Shown: piece after piece, positions 9,924 to 18,302 of the stretch
How the letters are laid out: each line of letters starts with the position of its first letter
Numbering within the stretch: the first letter of the stretch is position 1
Translations under genes and position numbers: made by a program
Notes under the pieces: model-generated
The model's input: the letters and a program-made list of their open reading frames with translations, nothing else
The model's database searches: none
Told to the model about the DNA's origin: nothing
NCBI GenBank assembly: GCA_039679675.1
Contig: JBDKUN010000056.1
Coordinates: forward strand, 84,725 to 148,724
Direction: 5' to 3'
From: Armatimonadota bacterium
Lineage (GTDB): Bacteria; Armatimonadota; UBA5829; DTLH01
Length of the DNA: 64,000 nt

Positions 9924-9958
9924 AAAAGCCCCCGGAAAGCTGTTTTCGGGGGCTTTTT
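9924..9958 (+). terminator. Intrinsic terminator
   Basis: AAAAGCCCCCGGAA..TTCGGGGGCTTTTT. Confidence 0.88.
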
Positions 9959-10149
9959 GTAATTGACACATGAATATAAATATATCTAAAGAGTTTCGAG
10001 TAATTATGCTACAAGTCCCCCCATACTACTGAGAGAACTCCGATCGAGAATAGAGCCTTGATTCTTAAGATCATCTGCCAAAACTCAATAAACGAGATTA
10101 TGCCAGCCTATGGTGTTTAATATATTCCTACAAAATAGTAAAAAAGTAC

Positions 10150-10178
10150 TTGACACGCGGTTTTGCACATGGTATACA
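10150..10178 (+). promoter_or_regulatory. Promoter of paralog 2
   Basis: TTGACA-N17-TATACA. Confidence 0.7.
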
Positions 10179-10245
10179 GGCATATATGGTACAAATACCA
10201 GCTACCAATATTTCACAGAATGCATAGAGGTGTCTATGTTCAAAG

Positions 10246-10325
10246 TATTCCGTAAGACGTAGTGGCCGGACGGAATGACAGCCTGAGGTTGACCGTAACC
10301 GATAAATGGAAGAGGCAACCTCAGG
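10246..10325 (+). ncRNA. Conserved leader RNA motif, copy 2
   Basis: Near-identical to copy 1; changes are confined to the apical loop (GATAAAT) and one G-U-compatible stem position. Confidence 0.75.
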
Positions 10326-10378
10326 TGCATTATCGCAGAGTATCTTCACACATATTGAAAGAGGAGGCGAAAGGTAAA

Positions 10379-12613
10379 ATGCGTAGAAATCTACGTACAA
10401 CATCAGCTTATAAGCTGACGCTCATGGCTGCAGTGCTGGCCCTTGTTTTCTGTGTGGGGTTAGCATCTTATGCGCAAACAGTTTCAGGAACTGTAACAAG
10501 AGGCGGCGTTCCATGCCCTGATGCCCGTGTAATTCTCGTGAATAACTCGCGGCTTGACGAAGGTGCGGTTATGACAACCAGGACAGACGCCAATGGTTAC
10601 TACAGTTTTACTGGCGGTATCTTCATCGGCGGAACCTGTACCCTTACAGTCAACGCCATCAAGGCAGTCCCTGTCATAGACCAGGTTATCAATATAACTG
10701 ACAATGAAATGACGGCGAATGTGGATCTGACATACGGTCAGACACCTCTCTATGATGACTTCTCCGGGGCTTCAGTCGATATGAACAAATGGGAACTGTT
10801 CAACGGTCAAGCTGACGAAACTTCAACAGACGTCACGGCCGTCTCTACAGAAAACGGCATGCTGAAGCTCGAGCCAAGCCCGGTAAGAGGCGGAATCATA
10901 AGCACGGCTGCATTCCCGAAATACGGCTCATATGAGTATGTGCTGCCTCAGACGCACTCGGGGACCAACCAGTGTTTCTGCATCATCAAGGACAAGGTCT
11001 CCGGCTTGGCGAACTTCGTCGATCTTCAGGACCAGAGCGGTTCAGCTACAAATCCTTACTTGAACGGCTTTAACGATGCCTTGGATTCCCCAAAATTCCT
11101 GCAATCAGGTGCACTGCCATATCCATATCCGGCCAAAGTCACAGTGCTCAGGACGGGCTACTACTACGACATCTTCGTTAACAATGTCTGGCTGGCGTCT
11201 ACCAGCACCTGGGATTCAATTAACGCCGTTGATAAAATTCCTGACAATGCTTACATTTACCTTTATGGATATGAAGCATCAGATGCAACTACACCGACAA
11301 TTGCGTATTTCGACAACATAAGGGCAGGCGCCGCGGTTCCTGTGACATTCAATACTGTTGCCGAAGCCAGGGCAGCCGCAGTCGATGCGTCTGTCACCAT
11401 AAACAACGTCGTAGTGACCGCAAGCACCAGTGATGCCTTCTGGGTAGAGAATACCGACCGGTCAGCTGGTATCAAGGTCATCTCGACAGCCAAGCCTGCA
11501 GTAGGCCAGAAAGCGCTAATCTCTGGCAAGATAGTAAAACAGAATAATGAAGTTGCACTTCAGGCAGATGACATATCCGCTGCCGGCAATTCTTCTATTC
11601 CGGCTGCTGTAGCAGTGACGGGTAAGGTAGCAAAAGAGCTGGACAAGGCCGGAGCTTCTGCACAGGGGCTCTTTGTGAAAGTAGCAGGTAAAGTAAGCGA
11701 AACGCCGGACAATGACGGCACTTACATTACAGGTTACTATCTTGACGATGGAAGCGGTATTGTGGCAGGAACCCACAAGGGGCTCTATGTTAAGCTGGCT
11801 GACTTCGTAAAACTGCCCGTCGGTTCAATAAACGCAGGCGATTTTCTTTCAAAAGAAGGGCCCATGACCGTGTTCATGGCCGACAGCACAACTCCTGTTC
11901 CGTCCGTAATAACAACAGGAACGCTGGCGAACTCCAGTTCCACATTCACAGCGTATAACGATATAGGGTATTTAGCAGCTTATGGGGCAGCGCCCAATAT
12001 CACCAAATACAGTTTCATGAATGTGGATTATACCTCAAACGTTGTGCCTGGTGGGCTTCTTATGGACTATGCCACCGGCAACTACGTTGCAGAGGGAGCA
12101 ACCGTCTCAACTTACGGATTAAACGAAATCCAGTGGTGCGGCGGAGTTGAGGAACTGGACTCAACAGATACAGATCTCCAAAAATACTTCGCGGACAATA
12201 CCGATCCGCTTAATCCCAAGTGGATGGTGAACTTCGTTGGAACACCTTCAACCAGAACTATTGTTGGTTGGTGGGAGGATATAACTTTCTTCGGACTCGA
12301 TCCGAACGCGCTGTATGAGTTCGTAGGAACTGTGGAGAGGCAGGAAGCCGCTTACTACAGCGCCAATATACTGGTCTCGATCAATGATTTTGCTGACCGC
12401 ACATATGCAGGTTCAGTCACTGCTACTAAGGTAGATGAAAATACCATCAATTTCAATGCCAGCGACAATTCCGCCGGTAATGTGGCCAGATGGATCAACA
12501 TCAAGCCAGCAAATGGCACGTTCAGAATAAGAACGAAGTCAACATCTACAGGCAGGGGTTATGCGCTTGCTGCCTTCCGGCTCAGGAAGCAGGCTGGTGT
12601 AGAAACACCCTAG
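10379..12613 (+). CDS. Secreted modular surface protein, paralog 2
   Basis: True start is ATG 10379 (RBS GAGGAGG, signal peptide near-identical to paralog 1); 744 aa; same architecture as paralog 1. Confidence 0.85.
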   Translation: MRRNLRTTSAYKLTLMAAVLALVFCVGLASYAQTVSGTVTRGGVPCPDARVILVNNSRLDEGAVMTTRTDANGYYSFTGGIFIGGTCTLTVNAIKAVPVIDQVINITDNEMTANVDLTYGQTPLYDDFSGASVDMNKWELFNGQADETSTDVTAVSTENGMLKLEPSPVRGGIISTAAFPKYGSYEYVLPQTHSGTNQCFCIIKDKVSGLANFVDLQDQSGSATNPYLNGFNDALDSPKFLQSGALPYPYPAKVTVLRTGYYYDIFVNNVWLASTSTWDSINAVDKIPDNAYIYLYGYEASDATTPTIAYFDNIRAGAAVPVTFNTVAEARAAAVDASVTINNVVVTASTSDAFWVENTDRSAGIKVISTAKPAVGQKALISGKIVKQNNEVALQADDISAAGNSSIPAAVAVTGKVAKELDKAGASAQGLFVKVAGKVSETPDNDGTYITGYYLDDGSGIVAGTHKGLYVKLADFVKLPVGSINAGDFLSKEGPMTVFMADSTTPVPSVITTGTLANSSSTFTAYNDIGYLAAYGAAPNITKYSFMNVDYTSNVVPGGLLMDYATGNYVAEGATVSTYGLNEIQWCGGVEELDSTDTDLQKYFADNTDPLNPKWMVNFVGTPSTRTIVGWWEDITFFGLDPNALYEFVGTVERQEAAYYSANILVSINDFADRTYAGSVTATKVDENTINFNASDNSAGNVARWINIKPANGTFRIRTKSTSTGRGYALAAFRLRKQAGVETP

Positions 12614-12643
12614 ACGGCCAACAGACTCGAATATATAACGTAG

Positions 12644-12678
12644 AAAAGCCCCCGGGAATAGCTTTCCGGGGGCTTTTT
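12644..12678 (+). terminator. Intrinsic terminator
   Basis: AAAAGCCCCCGGGA..TTCCGGGGGCTTTTT. Confidence 0.88.
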
Positions 12679-12697
12679 GTAATAGATATGGGGGTGC

Positions 12698-12787
12698 GCA
12701 GTGGTGTTTATGCCGCAGATATTCCGTGGCTGGACGAAATAGGTGTCTTAGGCTGCCCCGACCCGTCAATGGAAGAATCAACTTCAG
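12698..12787 (+). repeat. Decayed orphan copy of the leader motif
   Basis: GCCGCAGATATTCCGTGGCTGGACGAAATAGG...GTCAATGGAAGAATCAACTTCAG aligns with copies 1 and 3 but has a loop deletion and broken stems. Confidence 0.65.
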
Positions 12788-12971
12788 ACGATTTTGCCTG
12801 CATGACTATATTTAATACATAGAAATGTTCTCGCATAACATTGTATTCGACTAATGATAACTATTAACCTAATATTAAACTTCTTATGCCTCCTGATTGG
12901 CGAACCCGTGCAATAAAAATGGTATTTATCGGATATATCGATTATATCCAAAAATATTTTATCAATAGTGC

Positions 12972-13000
12972 TTGACCGCTTGCTTGCTATGTGGTATATA
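12972..13000 (+). promoter_or_regulatory. Promoter of paralog 3
   Basis: TTGACC-N17-TATATA. Confidence 0.68.
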
Positions 13001-13086
13001 GCTATTGGTGCAGTAAGCATCCACTAACACCACTTCACTTGGAACAACCACAATATACGGGGACAGTTGTTTCCTTGTTTATTTGT

Positions 13087-13100
13087 TGCAAACGGTTGTA
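13087..13100. promoter_or_regulatory. LacI-type operator candidate
   Basis: TGCAAACGGTTGTA, an imperfect match to the 7342 palindrome. Confidence 0.4.
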
Positions 13101-13133
13101 GCAGGTGGTGTTAAGTGGCGCATGCGCCGCAGA

Positions 13134-13217
13134 TATTCCGTTTGATGTAGTGGCCGGACGGAATAGGCACTTTGAGGTTGACCGTAACCGGTTAAAGGAA
13201 GAGGCAACCTCAGGTGC
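13134..13217 (+). ncRNA. Conserved leader RNA motif, copy 3
   Basis: TATTCCGT..TAGTGGCCGG..ACGGAATA; GCACTTTGAGGTTG/CAACCTCAGGTGC stem. Confidence 0.75.
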
Positions 13218-13261
13218 ATTATCAAAAAAGTATCTTCATTTATTGAGGAGGCGAAAGGAAA

Positions 13262-16200
13262 ATGCGTAGAAACATCTACGGAGCATCAACGTCTAGACTG
13301 GCGTTGATAGCAACAATGCTGGTCCTTGCGCTCTGTGCGGGAGCTTCATTCGCACAGACATTTCCTACAGTGACAAACTGGCAAGACTGGCACTATTATG
13401 TCGACGTAAACGTCGACACAGGAGCATACACCAGGACAGCAACTCCGGTAGAGCTTCAGATCAACTTCACCAAGTATCTTAATGGTGCTACTTTTGACCC
13501 GAACTCTGTAAGAGTCGGAGAGTTTGCGGACAGCGGCAGAACAGGCACACCTGTAGAGGTAATCAGTCAGTTCGACAAGGCGTCCGACTTTGCAGCGGCT
13601 ACGAACGCATCAGGCGAGGTCGTGTGGATCCTTCGTGGGACTCCTGCCGACCCTAATGCTCTTTCGGGAGCCGTCCCAACTGATGCAAACACGAAAAGAT
13701 ACTACAGAGTATATTTTGACGACACCATCAACCCGAAGAGCGACCCAAGTTACGCCAGTATCACGAGTCTTGATGCCGTTACGCTTGATGTAACCGTGGG
13801 ACCTGGGAAGTATGGTCTTATGAATAACCATTACATTGTTTCGCCGGGGAACTATAGAGCCACGTTTTATGACTTCAACGGTTATTTCATCAAATTGGAC
13901 AACTTGCGAGTTGGTGATAAAACACTGATATACGGTAACTCATTTGCCTATAGCGAATATACCGGGGGAGCATACTACACATCAAAGGATAATGGTGCTC
14001 AGGTATTTTCATGCAAAACATACAACGCGGGTTTGAATTATTATAGACAGTCTGCAAACTCAGCAGTCCGTTGTACTGTTACAGTCAGCAGGAATGATAC
14101 AGCAACAGGCAGAAACCACGAATTTATTACAGCAGAGAAGTTCTATGCAGGGGTTCCCTATTTCAAGAACGAAACGACGATCAATAGGAGCTCAAGCGAT
14201 GCAGGCAAAGGCTTTTTCGAGGATTATGGTTTCCGGTATGGTTTTGTCGAGAGCGGCATTGCACCGTATAGAACGCTTGGCCTCTTCAATTCCGGAGAAA
14301 CCGATCCTGTTACAGGAACCGAAACAGGCTATAGCGCTTACTTCGACTGGAGCGCAGATAGAGGGGGTATAGCTGTTCTGGGTTCTCCCGACTACATGCC
14401 GGTAGAATTGCAAGAAGGTAGCACTGTAGTTAATGGTATAACATTGACCTACCGTGGGATGCATTCCACCACAAACAGTAACCGTTATTGGAGATACATT
14501 AAGAGCCCGTATTATCCGCTGACCATAACGCATGGGGTAGCGGTCCATAATGGGCTGGATGAGGAAACCGCAAGAACAAGCACCCAGAAGTCCCTTCAGG
14601 ATTACGGGTGCCCGGTCGAGGTAATGGTAGTGGGAAGCAGCACTACCGCTGTAGGTTACGGTTCCATCAAAGGCAATGTAACCAATGCTCTCGATTCCAA
14701 CAAGCCTGTAAGAGGCGCATTGGTAAGATTGTGGGTAGACAACGCCTACGTTGCCAAGGCCTACACTTCAGTGCTTGGCGATTTCACATTCTCCAACGTA
14801 GTGCCTGGAACTGCCAAGATCAGCGTCAAGTGCGACACGTTCGATACCAAGACAGAGAGCATCGGAACAGTAGCAACAGGTGCAGTTACGAGCGCCAATG
14901 TTTCTCTTCAGCCTATTATTGTTGCAAACGCTGCGGTACCCAACTGGCAGTGGGTAACATCAGGTTGGACTCTTGCCACTGATTCCAAGGTATATGAGGC
15001 AGTTACAAAAGGTACGGATGTTGCGACATATGCCAGCAAGGACTACGATGCTAGTTTTGATTCGTTGGCCACAGTTCCCGGCGACTGGGACGGTGTCCAG
15101 GGGTCAACAGATAATGTCTATGGTTGGTATCACACCATTGTCAATATTCCCAGCCAGTGGGTTGGAAAGAACCTGAGGATCAGGAACTTCTTTACCGATG
15201 ATGTGGCAGCAATCTACTTCAATGAGCAGTTCGTCGGGCAGATCGGCTCGTTCCCGAATGTGTCAGATCCGCGCACTGCCACAGCAGGAAACGGATATGT
15301 CGGGCGGCCAAGTTACCCGATCGACTTCATCATCCGTAAAGGCACATTCAGTGCCGGACCGAATATGCTTGCAATCAAGGTCTTCGACAGCACGGGCACA
15401 GGCGGAATACTCAACAGCGCTCCTCTCATCGAAGTCACCGCTGATTCTCCTGTCGTGACAGTGAATGTCACAGGACCTCAGGTTTACAACGGACCTAAGC
15501 TTCCTGTAAAAGGAGCGGATGTTACGTTCTTCAGCATGACATCCGGCCAGACAGGTGACAACGGGAAATGCACATTCAGCAGCATTCCCAGCGATGTTTA
15601 CACCCTTACCGTCAACCATCCCCGCTATGGGACGAAGACACTTACAGTCGATATTCCGGAAACAGGAGACTATGAGATTCCGGTCGAATATGATTCGTTC
15701 CTCTGCGATGTTACAGGCACTGTTACGAAGAATAATGTGCCGGTCGGCAATGCTCGCGTAGTAATAAACAGCGGCGGATCATCCTGCGGCGGCCTTACCG
15801 ATTCTACAGGCACTTACACCCTAACAGGTGTCAAGAGCGGAGTCGGAACACTCATAGCCAACGGTAATAAGGCTGTTCCTACGACAGTAGACCAGGTCGA
15901 TCTGAAAGCACTGCAGGTAACACTTCCTAGTGTAAACATAAATTACGGTGTTGCCCCGCTATATGACGACTTCAATGGAACCTCACTCGATACCGAAAAG
16001 TGGGAGCTGTTCAGCAAGTCAGGAGATACAACCGGGACAATCGTCTCTACAGAAGGCGGGTTCCTTTCTATAGAGTCTGCTACCGGCGGAAAGGGAATCA
16101 TAAGCAAGGTGAAAATCCCTGCAGTCGGTGTATATGAATGCGTATTCCCGAAGAGGTTTTACGAAAACGGCACCCAGGACCTTTGCATAGTCAAGGACAA

Positions 16201-17767
16201 AGAGTCCGCTAATGCAAACTATATTGATTTCCAGGATGCCGGCGGCTATACTGGCTGCCTTTACCTGGTTGCATACTCACCGGATGTTGCTGGAGCGGAT
16301 AAGGTGCTCTGGAGAACAGGCCAGCTGTATGATTGTCCGTTCCCAGGTAAGGTAACGGTCGTCAGGACAGGCAACTATTACGACGTCTATGCCAAAGACA
16401 TTCTAAGGGGGTCTGCAAGCACCGAAAGGATCCCCGGTGATGGATACATCTACCTGTCCGGCGATAAAGATGGTTACGATCCTGTCGATAAAGCAATAGC
16501 ATACTTCGATGACATCCGTGCAGGAGTCCCAGTGGCCGTAGCACCGGCAACACTTGCCGAAGCAAGGGCTGCACTGGACGGCACGGACATTGTCACCTCA
16601 GGTGCAGTGGTAACTGCAAGCTATGACAACTACTTCTTCGTAGAGAACACAGACCGCTCTGCAGGCATAAAGGTAGTTTCTGCTGCCAAGCCTAAAGTGG
16701 GGAGGACTGTATATGTAGCGGGGAAAGCAACTAAATCCAACAGTGAATCTGCGATCAATGCAACAGAAGTTAATGTTGGAACTGTCGCGACAGCAGTTCC
16801 TCCGCCTGTAGCAATAACAGGCAAGATAGCAGGAGAGCTGGACAAGGCCGGAGCTGCTGCACAGGGAATGCTTGTCAAAGTTGCTGGAAAAGTGACAAGT
16901 GTTCACCTCAATGCTAGCGATAAGGTGGACGGTTACTTCCTCGATGACGGAAGCGGAATCGTTGGAGACGGGACAAAGGGAATCTTCGTTGAAGTTGACC
17001 CTGCCTGGAATGTCACCAGCAGCATAGTAGGCACATTCAAGACAATAGTCAGCCCTCTTACAGTAAAGAAGATAAGCGACACCGTTGTTCTTCCTGCTGT
17101 AAAGGATGTATTTGAAACGCCTTCTACCTATACGATATATAACGACTGCTCCTGGTCTAGTGGCCAGACAAGCGGCAATATCACTACTTATGGAACAGGT
17201 ACAGGTTTCAGCGGTTCCACCAGTGGAGATCTCAAAGAATACACAATAGGAGCTTCATTCCCTGTTACAGTCGCACTCACCAAGTATGGCAATGTGACAT
17301 GGAACGCTGCCGGAGGGGCTGACTGTCTGTCTGGCACCGATGCAGGCAATACCTTCGGCGGTAAGGTGAGCTTCACTGGATATATCAACTGCGAGTCAAC
17401 TGATGCGCATGTAGACGTCACCTTCAGTGGGCTTGATCCTAACGGAAGCTATGAGTTTGCAGCTACAGCAAACGGAGCTGACGGTAACTATTACACCAAG
17501 ACCAGATATACGATTCTGGGAGTTCAGAGCTTCACCAACGCAAGCTCCAGCGATGCAACAATGAGCAGCGATGGAACATATACTGAGTTCTGTACCGGTG
17601 ATAACACAGGTATGGGCCCGATGGGCGGTATGTACTTTGGCGGTTGTATAGCCAAGTGGACTAATATCAAACCATCAACAAACGGCACATTTACTGTAAG
17701 AGCATCAGTAGCAGATAACGGTACATCAGCATATGCGTTCAGTGCATTCATGCTGAAGAAGAACTAG
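13262..17767 (+). CDS. Large secreted modular protein, paralog 3 (extra N-terminal domains, galactose-binding-like jelly roll, several carboxypeptidase-regulatory-like domains)
   Basis: 1501 aa; signal peptide ending ASFA-Q; VPGDWD..YGWY..DDVAAIYFN; shared LYDDF, ENTDRSAGIKV, LDDGSG and GLDPN modules. Confidence 0.85.
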   Translation: MRRNIYGASTSRLALIATMLVLALCAGASFAQTFPTVTNWQDWHYYVDVNVDTGAYTRTATPVELQINFTKYLNGATFDPNSVRVGEFADSGRTGTPVEVISQFDKASDFAAATNASGEVVWILRGTPADPNALSGAVPTDANTKRYYRVYFDDTINPKSDPSYASITSLDAVTLDVTVGPGKYGLMNNHYIVSPGNYRATFYDFNGYFIKLDNLRVGDKTLIYGNSFAYSEYTGGAYYTSKDNGAQVFSCKTYNAGLNYYRQSANSAVRCTVTVSRNDTATGRNHEFITAEKFYAGVPYFKNETTINRSSSDAGKGFFEDYGFRYGFVESGIAPYRTLGLFNSGETDPVTGTETGYSAYFDWSADRGGIAVLGSPDYMPVELQEGSTVVNGITLTYRGMHSTTNSNRYWRYIKSPYYPLTITHGVAVHNGLDEETARTSTQKSLQDYGCPVEVMVVGSSTTAVGYGSIKGNVTNALDSNKPVRGALVRLWVDNAYVAKAYTSVLGDFTFSNVVPGTAKISVKCDTFDTKTESIGTVATGAVTSANVSLQPIIVANAAVPNWQWVTSGWTLATDSKVYEAVTKGTDVATYASKDYDASFDSLATVPGDWDGVQGSTDNVYGWYHTIVNIPSQWVGKNLRIRNFFTDDVAAIYFNEQFVGQIGSFPNVSDPRTATAGNGYVGRPSYPIDFIIRKGTFSAGPNMLAIKVFDSTGTGGILNSAPLIEVTADSPVVTVNVTGPQVYNGPKLPVKGADVTFFSMTSGQTGDNGKCTFSSIPSDVYTLTVNHPRYGTKTLTVDIPETGDYEIPVEYDSFLCDVTGTVTKNNVPVGNARVVINSGGSSCGGLTDSTGTYTLTGVKSGVGTLIANGNKAVPTTVDQVDLKALQVTLPSVNINYGVAPLYDDFNGTSLDTEKWELFSKSGDTTGTIVSTEGGFLSIESATGGKGIISKVKIPAVGVYECVFPKRFYENGTQDLCIVKDKESANANYIDFQDAGGYTGCLYLVAYSPDVAGADKVLWRTGQLYDCPFPGKVTVVRTGNYYDVYAKDILRGSASTERIPGDGYIYLSGDKDGYDPVDKAIAYFDDIRAGVPVAVAPATLAEARAALDGTDIVTSGAVVTASYDNYFFVENTDRSAGIKVVSAAKPKVGRTVYVAGKATKSNSESAINATEVNVGTVATAVPPPVAITGKIAGELDKAGAAAQGMLVKVAGKVTSVHLNASDKVDGYFLDDGSGIVGDGTKGIFVEVDPAWNVTSSIVGTFKTIVSPLTVKKISDTVVLPAVKDVFETPSTYTIYNDCSWSSGQTSGNITTYGTGTGFSGSTSGDLKEYTIGASFPVTVALTKYGNVTWNAAGGADCLSGTDAGNTFGGKVSFTGYINCESTDAHVDVTFSGLDPNGSYEFAATANGADGNYYTKTRYTILGVQSFTNASSSDATMSSDGTYTEFCTGDNTGMGPMGGMYFGGCIAKWTNIKPSTNGTFTVRASVADNGTSAYAFSAFMLKKN

Positions 17768-17810
17768 TAACTGCATTAAATGATGCCCTAACAAAGCATC
17801 TATCTGTCTA

Positions 17811-17846
17811 AAAAGAGCCGCCCGAGGAGACTCGGGCGGCTCTTTT
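17811..17846 (+). terminator. Intrinsic terminator
   Basis: AAAAGAGCCGCCCGAG/CTCGGGCGGCTCTTTT. Confidence 0.9.
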
Positions 17847-18004
17847 GCGTAAAAAGGAACTCAAGGATGATTAATATTCCGGTTTGGAAGCTTTCGATAA
17901 TAAGTTTCGGGGATGTTATTATGTAATATCAACAGCATATGCAGCATTAAGGTTCAAATATTGCCCCATATTAGATATATCAGAATAAATATAGAAAATT
18001 CCAC

Positions 18005-18033
18005 TTGACAAGCTACCGTATATATGGCATATA
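18005..18033 (+). promoter_or_regulatory. Promoter of paralog 4
   Basis: TTGACA-N17-CATATA. Confidence 0.55.
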
Positions 18034-18158
18034 TAGGGTCAGATGTAGATACAGGAAATTCGATTATCATCATTATAGCTATATAGCATTGATTAGGTAA
18101 ATATAAAGCACCTCAAGTATTACATATACACAAGTCTTACTCACTATAATCACATATA

Positions 18159-18246
18159 ACTACAGCATAGTGGCCGGATGTAGTACCCCGTGAATGACCG
18201 TAACTGAAACCGCCAAAAGATGCGGTCCAGAAGAGGCAGTCGAGGG
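18159..18246 (+). ncRNA. Conserved leader RNA motif, copy 4 (divergent)
   Basis: Keeps TAGTGGCCGGA, TGACCGTAAC and GAAGAGGCA, but the stems are replaced (ACTACA/TGTAGT; CTG/CAG) and an ACCGC/GCGGT hairpin is inserted. Confidence 0.7.
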
Positions 18247-18302
18247 AAAATGGCTTTTACAGCCGGGATTGTATATTCAGATAATTATGAGGAGGCGAAA
18301 GA

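Noticed and set aside
10262..10378. 39-aa N-terminal extension of paralog 2 and the similar 72-aa ORF at 7409-7627 as a leader peptide
   Set aside because: Both start at the GTG inside the invariant RNA loop with no RBS, and the reading-frame relationship to the main gene differs between copies. The real start is ATG 10379.
7393..18246. Repeated motif as a CRISPR array or diversity-generating retroelement
   Set aside because: Copies are kilobases apart, and there is no cas gene, reverse transcriptase or adenine-specific TR/VR pair in the window.
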